Source: Hydrolagus colliei (Eukaryota). From it: 64,000 bases of DNA. The stretch spans positions 41,292,001-41,356,000 of the forward strand of contig CM068746.1 of the NCBI GenBank assembly GCA_035084275.1. Reading direction: 5' to 3'. The notes beneath the pieces were generated by a model, which did no database searches, was not told where the DNA came from, and was given only the letters and a program-made list of their open reading frames with translations. This document shows, in pieces, positions 12,570 through 25,185 of the stretch. The position numbers and the translations under genes were made by a program. Every line of letters begins with the position of its first letter. Within the stretch, counting starts at the first letter, position 1.

Positions 12570-12900
12570 GTCGTTCTTCCCAACCTTTCCCTCCGCAAGC
12601 TGTAGATTATTCAGAACTCGTGCAGCTCGTGTCCTCTCCCATACCAAGCTCCGTGGCCTAATCATGCCTTTCTGTCCACAAAGTCCCTTCATCTTGCTCC
12701 CACCCATGCCTCCTTCAAGGCCCGTGGCAAGACCCTTCTCTTCGATCAATTTCCTTTGGTCAATCTCCTACTCCCCGCACCTTTCCTGCCCTCCACCCAC
12801 CCTGATCCCAACCCTCAGCTCAAGCTAATCCTTGACTGTCCAGCACCTTGAGACATCCTCCCCAAGTTAAACGTGCTGTGTTAATGTGATTTGCTGTTGT
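12570..12900 (+). mobile_element. L2 LINE 3' end
   Basis: LQIIQN.AARVLSHTK motif and tail ctgtccagcaccttgagacatcctcc..gctgttgt. Confidence 0.8.
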
Positions 12901-13981
12901 AGGATTTATTTTGCACCTGAGTTTTGGAGCAATGTTTCAAATCATACCCATGCACCAGGTGAGCAGGAATGATAACACCACATACCTCAGGCCATCGTAA
13001 AGCTTACAAGATGGTCCACAAAACCAACAGACATGAAACGAGAGTTACAATGCTCACCAATAAAACGTCATTTACGTTTTCGGCACCCCTAAACCCCTAA
13101 AAACTGAAGTGGAACAGAAACCCTGGGGGGCGGCATCGTAGTGTTTTCAGCCCCAATCCCTCTTTATTGTCCATTCATTAGGTCCCACCATAAGACCTTC
13201 CTCTTCAACATTGCCAACAGTCGCTATCCCTTTCTCCCAGCACGGCATCATAGTATATCACACTATCATATAGGAATCTCCCCTAGAATTCAGGGGTAAA
13301 AATCCCCCCCAAAAAAACACATCCCTTCCAGGCAAGGCACAAGCTTGATCGACATCGATAAAACATTTGAATAATAATAATAATGTTAACAGCAAAGTCT
13401 TCCAAACACTGCAAACTTAATGAGACATTCACCCTCTCGCTTTTATAATAATAATTATAAGAACGTTTGCGTTTGATGCAGCGTCTTGCTTCGAGTTTGA
13501 GTCGTGCCAAACTGCTTAACACAAAATATCGCCTACACTAAATTTACCCTCAGCATATTCTACTGCGCTACAGAATTTTAAGATGGGTACATTGGCAGAT
13601 TAATGTTTCCCTCCTCACACCTCTCAGAAACGAGTTACAAGTCTCAGATGCATTTTTGACTGCACGGTTTCTGTCTTTAACATGTGAATTGATTGATGCG
13701 CATCCCACAGTTCGGCCAGGCTAATTAATAGGTATTAGATGTGTCACATAGCCTCTCGTGTAATCGTTTTCTTTCCCCATCCACTCCTGAATTCTCATTA
13801 GTCAAATCCATAATGGCTTTCCAAAGCACTGCAACATCCTGCAATTTCAATTTTGCTTTTGATCAGGGCAATTAAATGATGTAAATAAATTATTATTCTG
13901 CCACATGTTTGCGTCCTAGGTGACGGACTTGAAATATCATTGCCAAAGGAGGCCATCTTGCCAACAACATCCCAAAGCAAT

Positions 13982-14140
13982 CAGCCTGACTCAGCTTGCT
14001 GGCACTCTCGCCACTGAGTCAGAAGATTTGGGGATTCAAACCCCACATCCTGACCTTGAGCTCCCAGTCCAGGTTGGTTCAGTGTTGGAGATGTGCCGCA
14101 TCGTCAGAGGCTCCGTCCTTCAGATGAGATATTAAACCGG
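13982..14140 (+). mobile_element. Deu-domain SINE 5' part
   Basis: Head ctctcgccactgagtcagaagatttggggattcaaacccc and Deu start gaggctccgtccttcagatgagatattaaaccg. Confidence 0.75.
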
Positions 14141-14425
14141 CACGTGTCCTCACCCACACCAAGCTCCGCGACCACATCACTCCCACCCTCGCCCGGCTCC
14201 ATTGGCTCCCCATCCCCCAGAGGAGCCAATTCATGATCCTCGTCCTCACTTTCATGGCCATTCACTCTGGAACTCCATACCGCAGTCACTACACCTCACT
14301 CCTTCCCTCGCCTCCTTCAAGGCCGGTCTCAAGACCCACCTTCGATTGTGCCCTCTCAACTCTCTCCCTCCCCTCCTAACTCTCTCCCTCCCCTCTCCCT
14401 TACCCTGCTCCTCTCCCTTGCTCAG
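14140..14425 (+). mobile_element. L2 LINE 3' fragment
   Basis: gaccacatcactcccaccctcgcccggctccattggctccccatc (DHITPTLARLHWLPI); LWNSIPQSL..SLASFKAGLKTHL. Confidence 0.9.
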
Positions 14426-14725
14426 GTCCCGTACAGGCCAACAATCCCCCAAATAAAATTGGTCATTTACTTCACAATTGTTTTAGGACACTGCTGTGTG
14501 CAAATGGAGATGGGAGAGTACTGTTTAGAGGACTTCCCTTGGAAGTGAGAGGGTTCGATTCCCGGATAGGCAAAACTTTAGGTTTCTTATGCCATGCACC
14601 TCTGTTTACCTAGTACAGTAATAAGTATGAATTCAACTGTTCGTTTATTTTCTGATTGCTTTCTGGACGTAATAATCCCTTCAAATAAATAAATAATTAT
14701 AATGTGATCACTAAATCCACAATTG

Positions 14726-14727
<2 letters not shown>

Positions 14728-14773
<46 letters not shown>
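14728..14773. repeat. (CA)n microsatellite
   Basis: Perfect dinucleotide run. Confidence 0.98.
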
Positions 14774-14776
<3 letters not shown>

Positions 14777-15525
14777 TTCAAAACCGCAAAAAGACCCCCA
14801 AAAAATGGCACTTTTACAAAACTGACATTTCAATTTTAACGGTTGTCAGCTATCAGTGCTGCAGCCTCGAAAGTGAACTCAATTGCATGTGTTAAACTGC
14901 CCGTGTATATTACTGTTAATCTTTTCAGGAATTAATTCAATGAAGGTTGCAACTACAGGATTATCAATACTGCTCACGCAAACAACAGGTTTAATGCCAC
15001 ATATGGATTCAGATTAAGACAACACAATTTTGTTATCAGCAGTATTATTAAATCACCAATAAGGTTGTCATCTTTGATAAACCTTTGGCATGTACAGTAA
15101 AAACCGCATTGGTCTTATCTTTAGTCGTACAAAGTCATACGTTCACCCGAGTCCCATTCAGTCTCCCACTATTACCCACTTTCTAGCTTGTAATGTCGCT
15201 CTCCACCCTTCATTACTCTCGCACTTATCGGCTGCATTGAATCGCAGGAAATTATATCCTGACCTCTCAACGCATGTACACTTACCAGCAGGTTGCACTG
15301 AATCGTGCGTGGCAGACATTGTCTTCATCTGCTTATCGTGCTCAGAAGATCTCCATTTCCTCTGATTCCACCGTTTGGGTGCCATGTTTCACCCACAAAA
15401 TACACAGTCAATCCACTTTAGGGCTATGTCCTGTGAAGCGTTTTGAGACGTCTCAACGAGGTGATAAGGCGGTATATCAAAATGCAAGGATTATTCTTTA
15501 AAAAAATTATAAATTATAATATTAT

Positions 15526-15622
15526 AACAAAAACGCAAAATATCTGCAGATGCTGGAAATCTGAAACCCAAACAGAAATGGCTCGGAACACTCAGCAGGT
15601 CAGGCAGCATCTATGGAGAAAG
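15526..15622 (-). mobile_element. Penelope-like element terminal fragment
   Basis: aaaatatctgcagatgctggaaatctgaaac..acactcagcaggtcaggcagcatctatggaga is the reverse complement of 30095-30187. Confidence 0.7.
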
Positions 15623-17179
15623 TATGTCCCTCCAACACCAACTGACAAGCCATGCTGACTGGGCTGACATAATAATAATCCTTGCATTTGATGTAGCGCT
15701 TTTCACATGTTATCGACGTCTCAAAGCGCTTCACAGAATATACTGTAAAGTGAATTGACTGTATGGGCGAAATTGACTGTTTGTGGGCGAAATCAACAGA
15801 GTACTGTGGACCTGCCTGGCTCCCTTTATTCTGGGTCCAGTTTTACACCAGAGAAAAAACACAATGTCACTCAATAAGACTGGATTTTTTTCCCAATCTG
15901 CTGGAAACTCAGCAGAGCAGCATGTGTCAGAGAGAGGCTTTCACTGGTGACCTGGAAAGTAACTTCTCACAACGTGATAATGCAAGTTTCCACTAAACAA
16001 TCTTGCCACTTGATGAGCTTTATGCTGCGCTGGCTTTCACAGTTCCTGCTCACACACTGTGAAACAAACAGAAATACATAAAGCCGCCCACATTTCTGGA
16101 ATGATTTCACGGCTGTAAATTGCCAAAATAAATAAACTCATACAACAAGGTTTTCCACGAATCTTGTGATTCCTATTTGGTGAATATTAATACTAATAAT
16201 GCGTGCCTTTGATACAGTGCCTTATCATATCTTCGAGACATCTCAAAGCGCTTCACAGGATATAGTGTAAAGTAAAGGACGGTGTGTGTTTTGTGGCTGA
16301 ACACAGAAGAACACAGCTTCAATCTCCCTCTCTGTACTGGATTGGTTCATCTCAGCCCAGATAAGGAGCTGGGGGGCCCTATCATTTCTGACAATAGAAA
16401 TGATAATAATATAAATAATTTTAATATATTTCCTTGCATTTGTTATCAAGTTGTTATATGTCTCAAAGTGCTTCACAGCATTTACTGTCACTCAAACCAC
16501 CACTCTTTGTGTGACGCTGCTGTGCACAATTGGCTGCCGTGTTTCGCCCACAAAATACACATTTAATCCACTTTACAATATATTCTGTGAAGCGCTCAGA
16601 GATCCCCTCAGCAACGTGACAAAGTGGTGTATCAAATGCAAGGATTATCAACACAGTATTTGCAGCAAAGCGACCCTGTACTTGAAAGCTCACAATGGAG
16701 AGAGATGTACGGCAACAGGGAAAGTTACCAGTGAGAAGAAGTGAAAGAGCAATTTGCTCTTCCAAACTGACGTTCTCCACTGTTCGAGTGAAAGAACCTT
16801 GTGATTCCATTCCATGCCTGTTTTCCCAGCCCAAACCAAACTCATTTATCACTGCAAATTTAGGACTGGTTCACAGGTTTCTCAGAGACTGATTAACTGA
16901 TGTCCTAGCTGCTAATTTGGGGACTATTTTTCAATGTCAACATCTGTGTCCTGGGTAGTTAGTGCTCCTCTTCCTTCCTCAAGTAACGCAGGCTGTGATC
17001 TTCTGCCACCCCTCGCAACACTGGTGCTGCATCTTAACTGTGAGAGCACAAAAATAGTTTTCATGGGTCACAGATAGGATCAAAGTGCAAACCTAGAAAG
17101 ATCTTCAAATACTTTGTGAGTATGTGCCGTTGAAAAATGGCAAACCGTGCTAGCATCAGGCTTGCAGTGAGGGTGTGTG

Positions 17180-17548
17180 TTATAATACTCCTCGCATTTG
17201 ATATAGCACCTGATCACGTCGATGGGACCTCTCAAAGTGCTTCGTAAGACAAAGTGAATCGACCGTATATTCGGAGTGAAACGCAGCAGCCAATTAATAG
17301 TGTCCCACCAACATGCGTGGATTGAGTGACCGAATTATCATTTTTAAAACTTACTTTTTTTTTAAAGGATTACTGAAAGTGACCCACCAACCAGATAATA
17401 AGTGGGTTCTTACTTACTTCAGTACTAGGCGAACAGAGGCAATCGTGTGCAGTAGGATTTTGGCCCGCGCGGGAATTGAATCAGGTCATCTCGCTTCCGA
17501 GGCGAGTGCTCTAACCGGTACTCTATTCACTAGGCTGCAGGACTCCAG
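17180..17548 (-). mobile_element. tRNA/CORE-like SINE, full length, diverged
   Basis: Tail, body and head (gcgggaattgaatcaggtc..gaggcgagtgctctaacc). Confidence 0.8.
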
Positions 17549-17554
17549 AGATCT

Positions 17555-17720
17555 TAGGTTAACTTCTCATCTGAAGGTCGGAACCTCTGACAACACAACT
17601 GCTCCACAACACTGCGCTGGAGCGTCAGCCTGGACTGGCAGTTTAAAGTCCCAAACTGGGACTTGAACCCACAACCCTCCTCACCCAGAGCACGGAGCGC
17701 CACCAATTTAGCCAGGTTGA
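17555..17720 (-). mobile_element. Deu-domain SINE 5' part
   Basis: tctcatctgaaggtcggaacctctgacaac..cactgcgctggagcgtcagcctgga..gggacttgaacccacaacc. Confidence 0.75.
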
Positions 17721-18061
17721 CAACTTTTCCAATAGAAAATACATAAATGAACTCTGAAAAGGACTGAAGCAAACTTAAAGAATCCTTTGGAGGAAAGTTA
17801 TGTTCGGCTGAGGTGAAGATTAATGGTTGGAGCTGTAGAATACGAGCTGTGGGTTTAATTGAACATCTATTAGCTCTGCTGGCTTCCAAACCCAGGAGCA
17901 GATTCAGCCAATAGGGGGAGAATCATAATGGTGCTGATTCAGGGCAATGAAACTTTGGAAAATCTTGAATGATGATTTAAAAGCGAGTCAGCCTGGCTCG
18001 GTAGGCAGCACTCCCACCTCTGAGACACAAGGGCCGTATCAGGTCATTTGAATTTACAGTC

Positions 18062-18337
18062 GGAGCGCCTGTGGCTCGGTGCTTAGAGCGCTCGCTTTAC
18101 ATGCGTAAGACCTGTGTTCGAATCCAGGCAGATCAGGGCGAAACCTTGGGCAACTTTCCTTACTCCACACACACACACACACACACACACGCCTAATAAT
18201 AATCCCTCCCTCCAAAAACAAAACAAAACATAATACTACAAATTGGTCATTTTCAAACCACCACTGTTTGTGGGTACACAGCTGTACCCACAAACAGGCT
18301 GCTGCATTTCGCGCACAAATATGCAGCGTAATTCAAC
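18062..18337 (+). mobile_element. Short-form (CORE-deleted) SINE with internal (AC)n expansion, 3' truncated
   Basis: A box tggctcggtgcttag, B box gttcgaatcc, ccttgggcaactttccttactcc(ac)n gcctaataataatccc. Confidence 0.9.
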
Positions 18338-19690
18338 AAAGGTCCGCATTCGATTAACCTGAATTTATCTGGAAAAATGCATTGAAATTTTTTTTTTTTT
18401 TGCACACTACCACCTGCATTGGAGTCTAGGGTAGATTACTGAGTATGTCGCATATTATTATATAAATTAAGCATGTTTGCTGTAATTCATAATAAATATT
18501 TCAGTCAGTGAGTGACTAATGTAAGACATATTAAATGTTATGGTCACAACCAATATGAAGCATGTGAGTTTTACTGTTTTTCCATTTTATATATTGTATT
18601 AATAATCTCTGTATTCGTCATAGTACCTTCTCAGATCTTCGAAGCCTCAAAGAACTTCACACGATTTTACTGTAAAGTAGTGACTGTGCATTGTGCAGTT
18701 AAACGTACAATAGCAGGTAATTTGTACATGTCCCACAAACAGCTGTAGAGTGAGTGATCAATTATATTTGGGAGGATTTATGGGCCAGGAAACTGAGAGA
18801 GAAACTCTCCCCCAGCACTGCATTGAAGCATCAGCCAAGACAATGAGTTCAGAGGTGGGACTTGAATTGGGAACTCAGGAATTGCTGGACAAAAAAAAAG
18901 ACCAAAGTCCATTCAGTTCACTTTTCACTGTCCTGTAAATTACATGCCCTGAACTACTCAAAAATTGCATCCCTAAATACTAGTTCATAAAAGAAATCGA
19001 GCTATTTTACATTCGACACAACCAACAATTTCTGCTTCCACCATCTCGCCAGATTCACTCACTCACTAAAATAGTGTTACATAGGAACATGTTTCCGCTG
19101 ATTAGTTTTGAATTTACCCTCCTTCAATCACAGAAATAGATTACCATGGTTTACATGTTTACATGGCAATGGCAAAGAGAGGTCAGCAAAGGCAGATTAT
19201 GTCAGATCAAGTTTTGCTAATCTATGGAGAAAGAAAGGTACAACGCATAATTTGCAGTTTTGTGCAATTTGCTCTTCCAAACTGATGTTCTCTGCTGTTC
19301 AGTGAACATCAATGAGATTTTTTTTACAAAAAAATTACAATGTTTTGCAATCCAAACCGTAGTTTGTCACATCTAACTACTAAGACGTGACGAGGAGATA
19401 TAAAATATACTTTCATTTCTCTCGTAATAATGTAGAATTTGTGGTTCATTGCTCATGTGTGCTGAAGTCATTTACTGGCCAGCTTTCACGTGATCTTACA
19501 AGTGTGGGAAGAAATGGGAAGCAAAGCAGTTCACAGAGAGTGGTGTTGTTCGATGATGGATATGTCTGTTAGTGGAGCTGACTGGGGGTGAATTTGGTGA
19601 AAAAAAACACTTCAACCGGTTGAACAATTATACCTGTGGATAGCATTGTGGCAAGTGTGGCATCAGCATTGTCATGACCACAGACAGTTA

Positions 19691-20000
19691 TAATGATCCT
19701 TGCATTTGATATAGCGCTTTTCACATCTTATCAACGTCTCAAAGCGCTTCACAGAATAGACTGTAAAGTGAATTGACTGTATATATTTGTGGGCGAAACG
19801 CGGCAGCCAATTGCACACAGCAGCGTCCCCCACAAACAGCCGTGGGTTGAAATGACCAATTTTTATTATTGTGTTTTTTTGGGGACGGATTATTATTAGG
19901 CGTGTGGAATAAGGAAACTTGCCCAAGGTTTCGCCCTGACCTGCCTGGATATGAACACAGGCTTGTAAGGCGAGTGCTCCAACCACTGAGCTACAGGAGT
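19691..20000 (-). mobile_element. Short-form SINE, near full length, low divergence
   Basis: Closely matches 26786-27121, 32045-32368 and 54351-54690. Confidence 0.95.
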
Positions 20001-20199
20001 TGTGAATAAGTCTCAAGTTTAATGATTGAGGCAAGGGGTTCCAGTGTCTCAGGGACCAGCACCTCAAGGCACAGCCACCTGATGGTGGAGAGGAAGAGTT
20101 GGGGGACACGCAGAAGGGATCCTCCTACCTCTCTGACCTCCTGAGCGCCTACCACCCCTTGGGTAATGTACAATGTCATTTGTTGTTGTTGTCAAGGTA

Positions 20200-20390
20200 G
20201 GACTACCCTACCCATTTGGCCTTTGGCTTGTAGTGTTAACACGAGCTGGGTGAGAAGCGTCTCTGCCCCTAGTGATTGGTCTGCACTTCCATGTCCTGCT
20301 AATGAGCCACGCTGTCTGTGCTAAAGCGCTCTGAGACGTCGTCTGGCGTGGAGGGCGCTATATAAATACAAGTGTTGTTGTTGCTGCTGT
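20200..20390 (+). mobile_element. L2-type 3'UTR and tail (second family)
   Basis: aaagcgctctgagacgtcgtctggcgtggagggcgctatataaatacaagtgttgttgttg; the same tail occurs at 24540-24599. Confidence 0.75.
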
Positions 20391-20784
20391 CATCAGCAAT
20401 GCTGTGGAGTACTGTGGACACGCCAAGGCTATTTGGAAGACGCTGTTCTGTGTCTACCCATTGCAGCCCTGTTCGCCTAAAAACGCAGTCGCTAGTCTTT
20501 ACAGAGAACTCTGTGAAGCGCTTTGAGACATTTTAACCGAAAATGTGCTGGGTCAAATGCGAGGATTTTATTCTGATGACATGTTCATATTTCATGTTTC
20601 CTAACTGGAGCAGTGAGGAAGAGATGAGTAAGCCAGGACAGGAAGCCACAATACACGATGTGTAAAGGGAAATAATTTGTCTTCTAAAAACAAACTATTC
20701 TGGCTCTCCAAACTTCCGCCAAGCTCCCTGAAGAAACACGCTCTGTAATCCAAATTTACAGAAACAGAAGGAGACACGCTGATT

Positions 20785-21212
20785 CACCAGCATAGTAGAA
20801 CAAGAGGACACAGATTTATAGTTGTTATAGTGGCTCCCCAAGCTTGGGGTTGGAATCAAGAGAGATGGTGGGTGGGTGGGTGGGTGAGGGGAGTGGGGTC
20901 ACATGTGGGAAAGGGGGGGGGGCGGGGAAATATGGCTGAAAGCATGAGTGGTCTTGAGAGAGGCTTTGAAGGAGGAGAGGCAGAGGAGGAAAGGCATTGG
21001 AATACTGGGATAGAGGACGTTTTTCTTCAGCCAGAGGATATTCAACGATATTCAACATGTTTCCAGGAAAAGTGGTTGAGGTCAGGACACCTGGACTTAT
21101 TTAAAAATCAGCTTGATGCTGTGACGTGGGGACAGCAAGGTGGTGGGGGCGGTTTCTGGTGGAATAGGATTGGATGGCCCAAAGGTCTTGTTCAGCCTAA
21201 CTGATTCTGTGA
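20785..21212 (+). mobile_element. Old CR1 3' end interrupted by an L2 piece (about 20860-21005, minus)
   Basis: agaacaagaggacacagatttata (RTRGHRF), ttcttcagccagagg, tttaaaaatcagcttgatgctgtga and a gatggcccaaaggtcttgttc hairpin. Confidence 0.7.
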
Positions 21213-21221
21213 AAAAGGTCT

Positions 21222-22125
21222 CATGGTACAGTACCATCCCATTTCCAACCTTCCCTTCTTTGCCAAAGTCTGGGAACACATTGTTGCATGTCACCTGCGT
21301 TCACATCTCTCCCTCCTCGAGCCCCTGCAGTCTGGTTTCCAACCTGCTCACAGCACAGAGATGGTGCTTGTCACTCCTTTGCTTCCCCCCCACCCATCAG
21401 CTGCGACTCTAGATCTGTGGATGTGATCAGCTGATGGCAGCTTGTCTAGCGGACACCAGGGCCTAAATAAGTGCAAACTTCGTGCAGCTGAATATGGACA
21501 AGTCAGAAGCCATACTCCTTAGCTCCCATCCACGCCTTCACTCTTGTGGATCTGACCTCCTCCTGGACCAGTGCGTAATCCAGGTGTCCGTTTCAACCCC
21601 CAACTGTCCTTCCTTCCCCACATCCAGTTACTGATCAGCACCACCTTCCTCCACCTCCCTCCGCCACATTGTCCACCTCCAACCGTACCTTACCCCATAC
21701 GCGGACGAAACCCTTTGTGCATGCGTTTGTCACATCCTGCTTGGACTCTTCAAATGTTTGTCTTCCCAGCTCCGTTATTCAAAAATCAAGCTCACTCAGA
21801 ACCCTGCTGCCCACACACTGACCAGGACCAACATCTCACCAGTTCTGGTCAGAGCTCCATTGGCCCCTGTCAACGAACGGAGCGGCTTCAAGATTCTACC
21901 CTTGTGTTCCAATCCCGTCACTCCCCCTGGCACCTCCCTACCTCTCTGACCCTGTCACTCCCCAATCGCCTCTGCTCGACTGGCCCCCTGCCTCCTGCTT
22001 GCCCCTCGCATCCTCCGGTCCACTATTGAAGGTCACGCATTCAGCCACTAAGCCCTGAAACTCTGGAATACTCTCCCTCCATCGCCTCTGTCTTGTCTCC
22101 TCTCTCCCCTTTTTCAAGGTCCCAC
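21222..22125 (+). mobile_element. L2 LINE ORF2 fragment with internal deletions
   Basis: YHPISNLPFFAKVWEHIV..LEPLQSGFQPAHSTE (RT N-terminus), QLNMDKSEAIL, RNPGVRFNPQLSFLPHI, QNPAAHTLTRT. Confidence 0.92.
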
Positions 22126-23715
22126 CGGAAACGTTGAGGTTGACAGTTCCCGCAGTCAGACACACGCTCAGCTACAAAGAGCCTGATGTGATTCCTCAGT
22201 GTAGCGATCGAGTCTAGTACTGGTTAGTGGCGCTCAACCCATGACTGTTTGTGGGGCAATGTCATGTAGTATTGGCTGCCGTGTTTCACCTGCAAAACAT
22301 GCAATCAAATCCAGTTCACAAATATATTCCGTGAAGCTCTTTGAGACGTCTCAATGATGTGATAAGACCCTATATCAAACGCAAGTATTATTACTATTAC
22401 ATCAATCGAATGCTAAAGTGGGTGTCTCCTGGCTGTGTTAGAGAGGCGAGCAACAACACACAGGCAGGCAAGATAGGCAATGAATTATTAGACAGGTAGC
22501 GTGTGTTGTGTCAAGCTGGCATTTCATTGAGGGCAATAAGGGAAGGGGTGAGGGGAGGAAAAGAACCAGCTGCGGAATTCTGCCTTGTTCTGATATGGTA
22601 ATTAAATAGGTGAGGAGCACTTAAAGTGATGCAACTGTCATACTATTTCATTTCGCAGACAGTTCCATTTCCTCCTAACAGCTCACTACAGGAGCCAGGC
22701 CTTATATTACTGTCACATTGCAAGAAGCCCACATACCGCAAAGCTATTTGATTTATGACGGTGGCTCATTTCAATTATATTTTGCGCGCGTGTGTAAAAA
22801 AAAAAAAAAAAAATCTCCTTGGAGCAAACCGACCTGATGCTGTCAATTCAATTCAATTTAAAAAAGCCACGGTGGTCCACAAAGTCCACTGTGTTCTGAT
22901 CAGGTAAAACCACTGCGTTAATCATTTCACTGCAATCCCTTCACACAGACACAGTCTTGCTGGTAAATTAGTCCATATTTTCAGGGCAGGGCTGCAATAG
23001 ATCTCCGACAAACGTATGTGATGTGATGACTTATCACCTCAGCGAAACATCCCCAAATGCCTTGTAGGATTTTATTCTACAATAGGTGTCGAAGGTCACA
23101 TATAAACACCCTCTTCCTTGCTCAGCGTCCAAAACCCGCCACTGTTCAGCGCTCAGAGATATTATCCTACATGAAGGGTGCTGCGTGCAACTTGGCCCTG
23201 CAAACTTCAATGACACTATTCTGTAGGCGAAAGTGGCAGCCAATTTGAGCATGGCATTGTCCCACAAACTGCCTCGAGGTGAATGATTTGATTTATCCGG
23301 AGGAAGGGGGGGGGGGGGGGGGATTGTTGGCCAGGATACAGAAAAGTTTAGAAACTGCTCATTATGGGATAGCAAGTCTGAGTGAAGAGTGAAGGACAGA
23401 GCAAGTACATGGTCCGAATATTACTTGCTCCTGCCAATTTGCAAAGCTTTGTTTACGATCCTATTATCACTCAGTATTGTTTGCTTAACTTTAAAATTGC
23501 GTCTAGTAAAACATTAACAATCAGTACGAAATAATAATAAAATCCTAGCGTTGGATACCCACCTTTCACATCAGGAGGATGATTCAAAAAGGATTTCCGT
23601 TAAAGTGTAGTGACTGTATTTTGTGACCCTCAAACAGCCATGAGGTGAGTGGCCAATTTCATTTGGCGGGTTTTTGGATAGCACTCACTGAAGAAACTCC
23701 CTCCTCTAATTTGTG

Positions 23716-23890
23716 GAGATCCATAGCATAGTGGTTAGCGCGCTCGCCTCTCAAGCAAGAACATACCCAGGCTTGATTCCCGGTGAGGGCGAAACCATAA
23801 GCCTGTTTCCTAGCTTCCCTCGCCTCTGCTTACCTAGCAGTAAGTAGGAACCGGTTACTTGTCAATTGGCGGATGGATCATTTTCCGAGC
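23716..23890 (+). mobile_element. tRNA/CORE-like SINE 5' half (long form)
   Basis: tagcatagtggttagcgcgctcgcctctcaagc head, followed by gcctctgcttacctagcagtaagtaggaaccgg. Confidence 0.85.
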
Positions 23891-24699
23891 TGATCACCGA
23901 GCTCCCCCCCCCCCCCACGGTTCAGAACCCTGACTGTCCAGTGCTTTGGGACACCCTCCCAACTGGAAAGGCGTTACACGGTAGAAATAGAATCCTATTT
24001 TGTATTCTACTGTATTTCGTTTGTCGTCTAAAACACCTGCCTAATCTTGATTCAACAATCAGATTTCTTACATACATGAGGAATAATGACATAACCTTTC
24101 CAATCTCACTCTGTGCATGTACCCACTGTTCAATGAAATATAAATGTAATTTCACATTCTCCATTAGAAAGCTGCAGGCAATGAACACTGCAATCAAAAA
24201 AACTCAGGGAAGAAGCAGGTCCAATGATACAATATAAGGCCGAACAGCAAACCTATAAGCAAATCAAGATGGACCTCTTCTCTCTTTGACAAACCTAAGA
24301 GTTCACACAAATAAACCTGCAAGTTCAATACACGGTCACTCCATTTTACAATATATTCTGTGAAGAGCTCTGAGACACCTCACTAAGGCGATGAGGCATT
24401 ATATCAAACACATGGATTATTGATATTACTGTATAATGTAGGTCCTAATGGACATTATAATAATAAAATATTCATTTTGTATAGTGTCTTCATATAGTGC
24501 CTTATCACATAGTCAAGACGTCACATAGACACATAGTATAAGCGTCCTGAGACGCCGTCCGGCGTGGAGGGCGCTATATAAATCAAAGTTGTTGTTGTTG
24601 ACGTCTCAAAGCGCATCACAGGATATGTGGTAAAGTGTAGTGACGGTGTATTTTAATAATAATAATCCTTGCATTTGAAAGAGCGCAGCTTTACTAGCA

Positions 24700-25185
24700 G
24701 CATCTGGATGCCCTCTACACCTCATGTACACCTCACTGAGCCAAACCAGGAACCTTGGGAGTCTTGTTTAACCCTCAACTGTCCTTTCTACCCCACATCG
24801 TGCCTGTTCTGCCTTCCCCCATCTCTGCAACATTGCCCTGTTCCGCCATAGCCTCTACCTCAGGCCAACGAGACCCTAATTGATGTATTCATCACATCCA
24901 GGCTTGACTTTTCTAACTGCCTGCTTGTCGATCTTTAATCCCAACTCTTCCCTCCACAAGCTGCAGATCATTCAGAGCTCTGCAGCTCGTGTCCCCTCCC
25001 ACATCAAGCTGTGTGCAGAAGAGGACAGTACTATCACTTGGCTCCCCTCCCTTGCCTCCTTCCAACTGTGTTTTAGTCACCCTTCTACCGTAAGCTCGTT
25101 CCAAGTCCTTTATGGTCCTTGTCTTGGGATGTCCTCCCAATGTCAAATCCTCTATTACAAGTGTAACTTGTTGTTGTTGTTGTTA
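24700..25185 (+). mobile_element. L2 LINE 3' fragment
   Basis: RNLGSL, TSRLDFSN, SSLHKLQIIQSSAARV and a (GTT)n tail. Confidence 0.88.
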
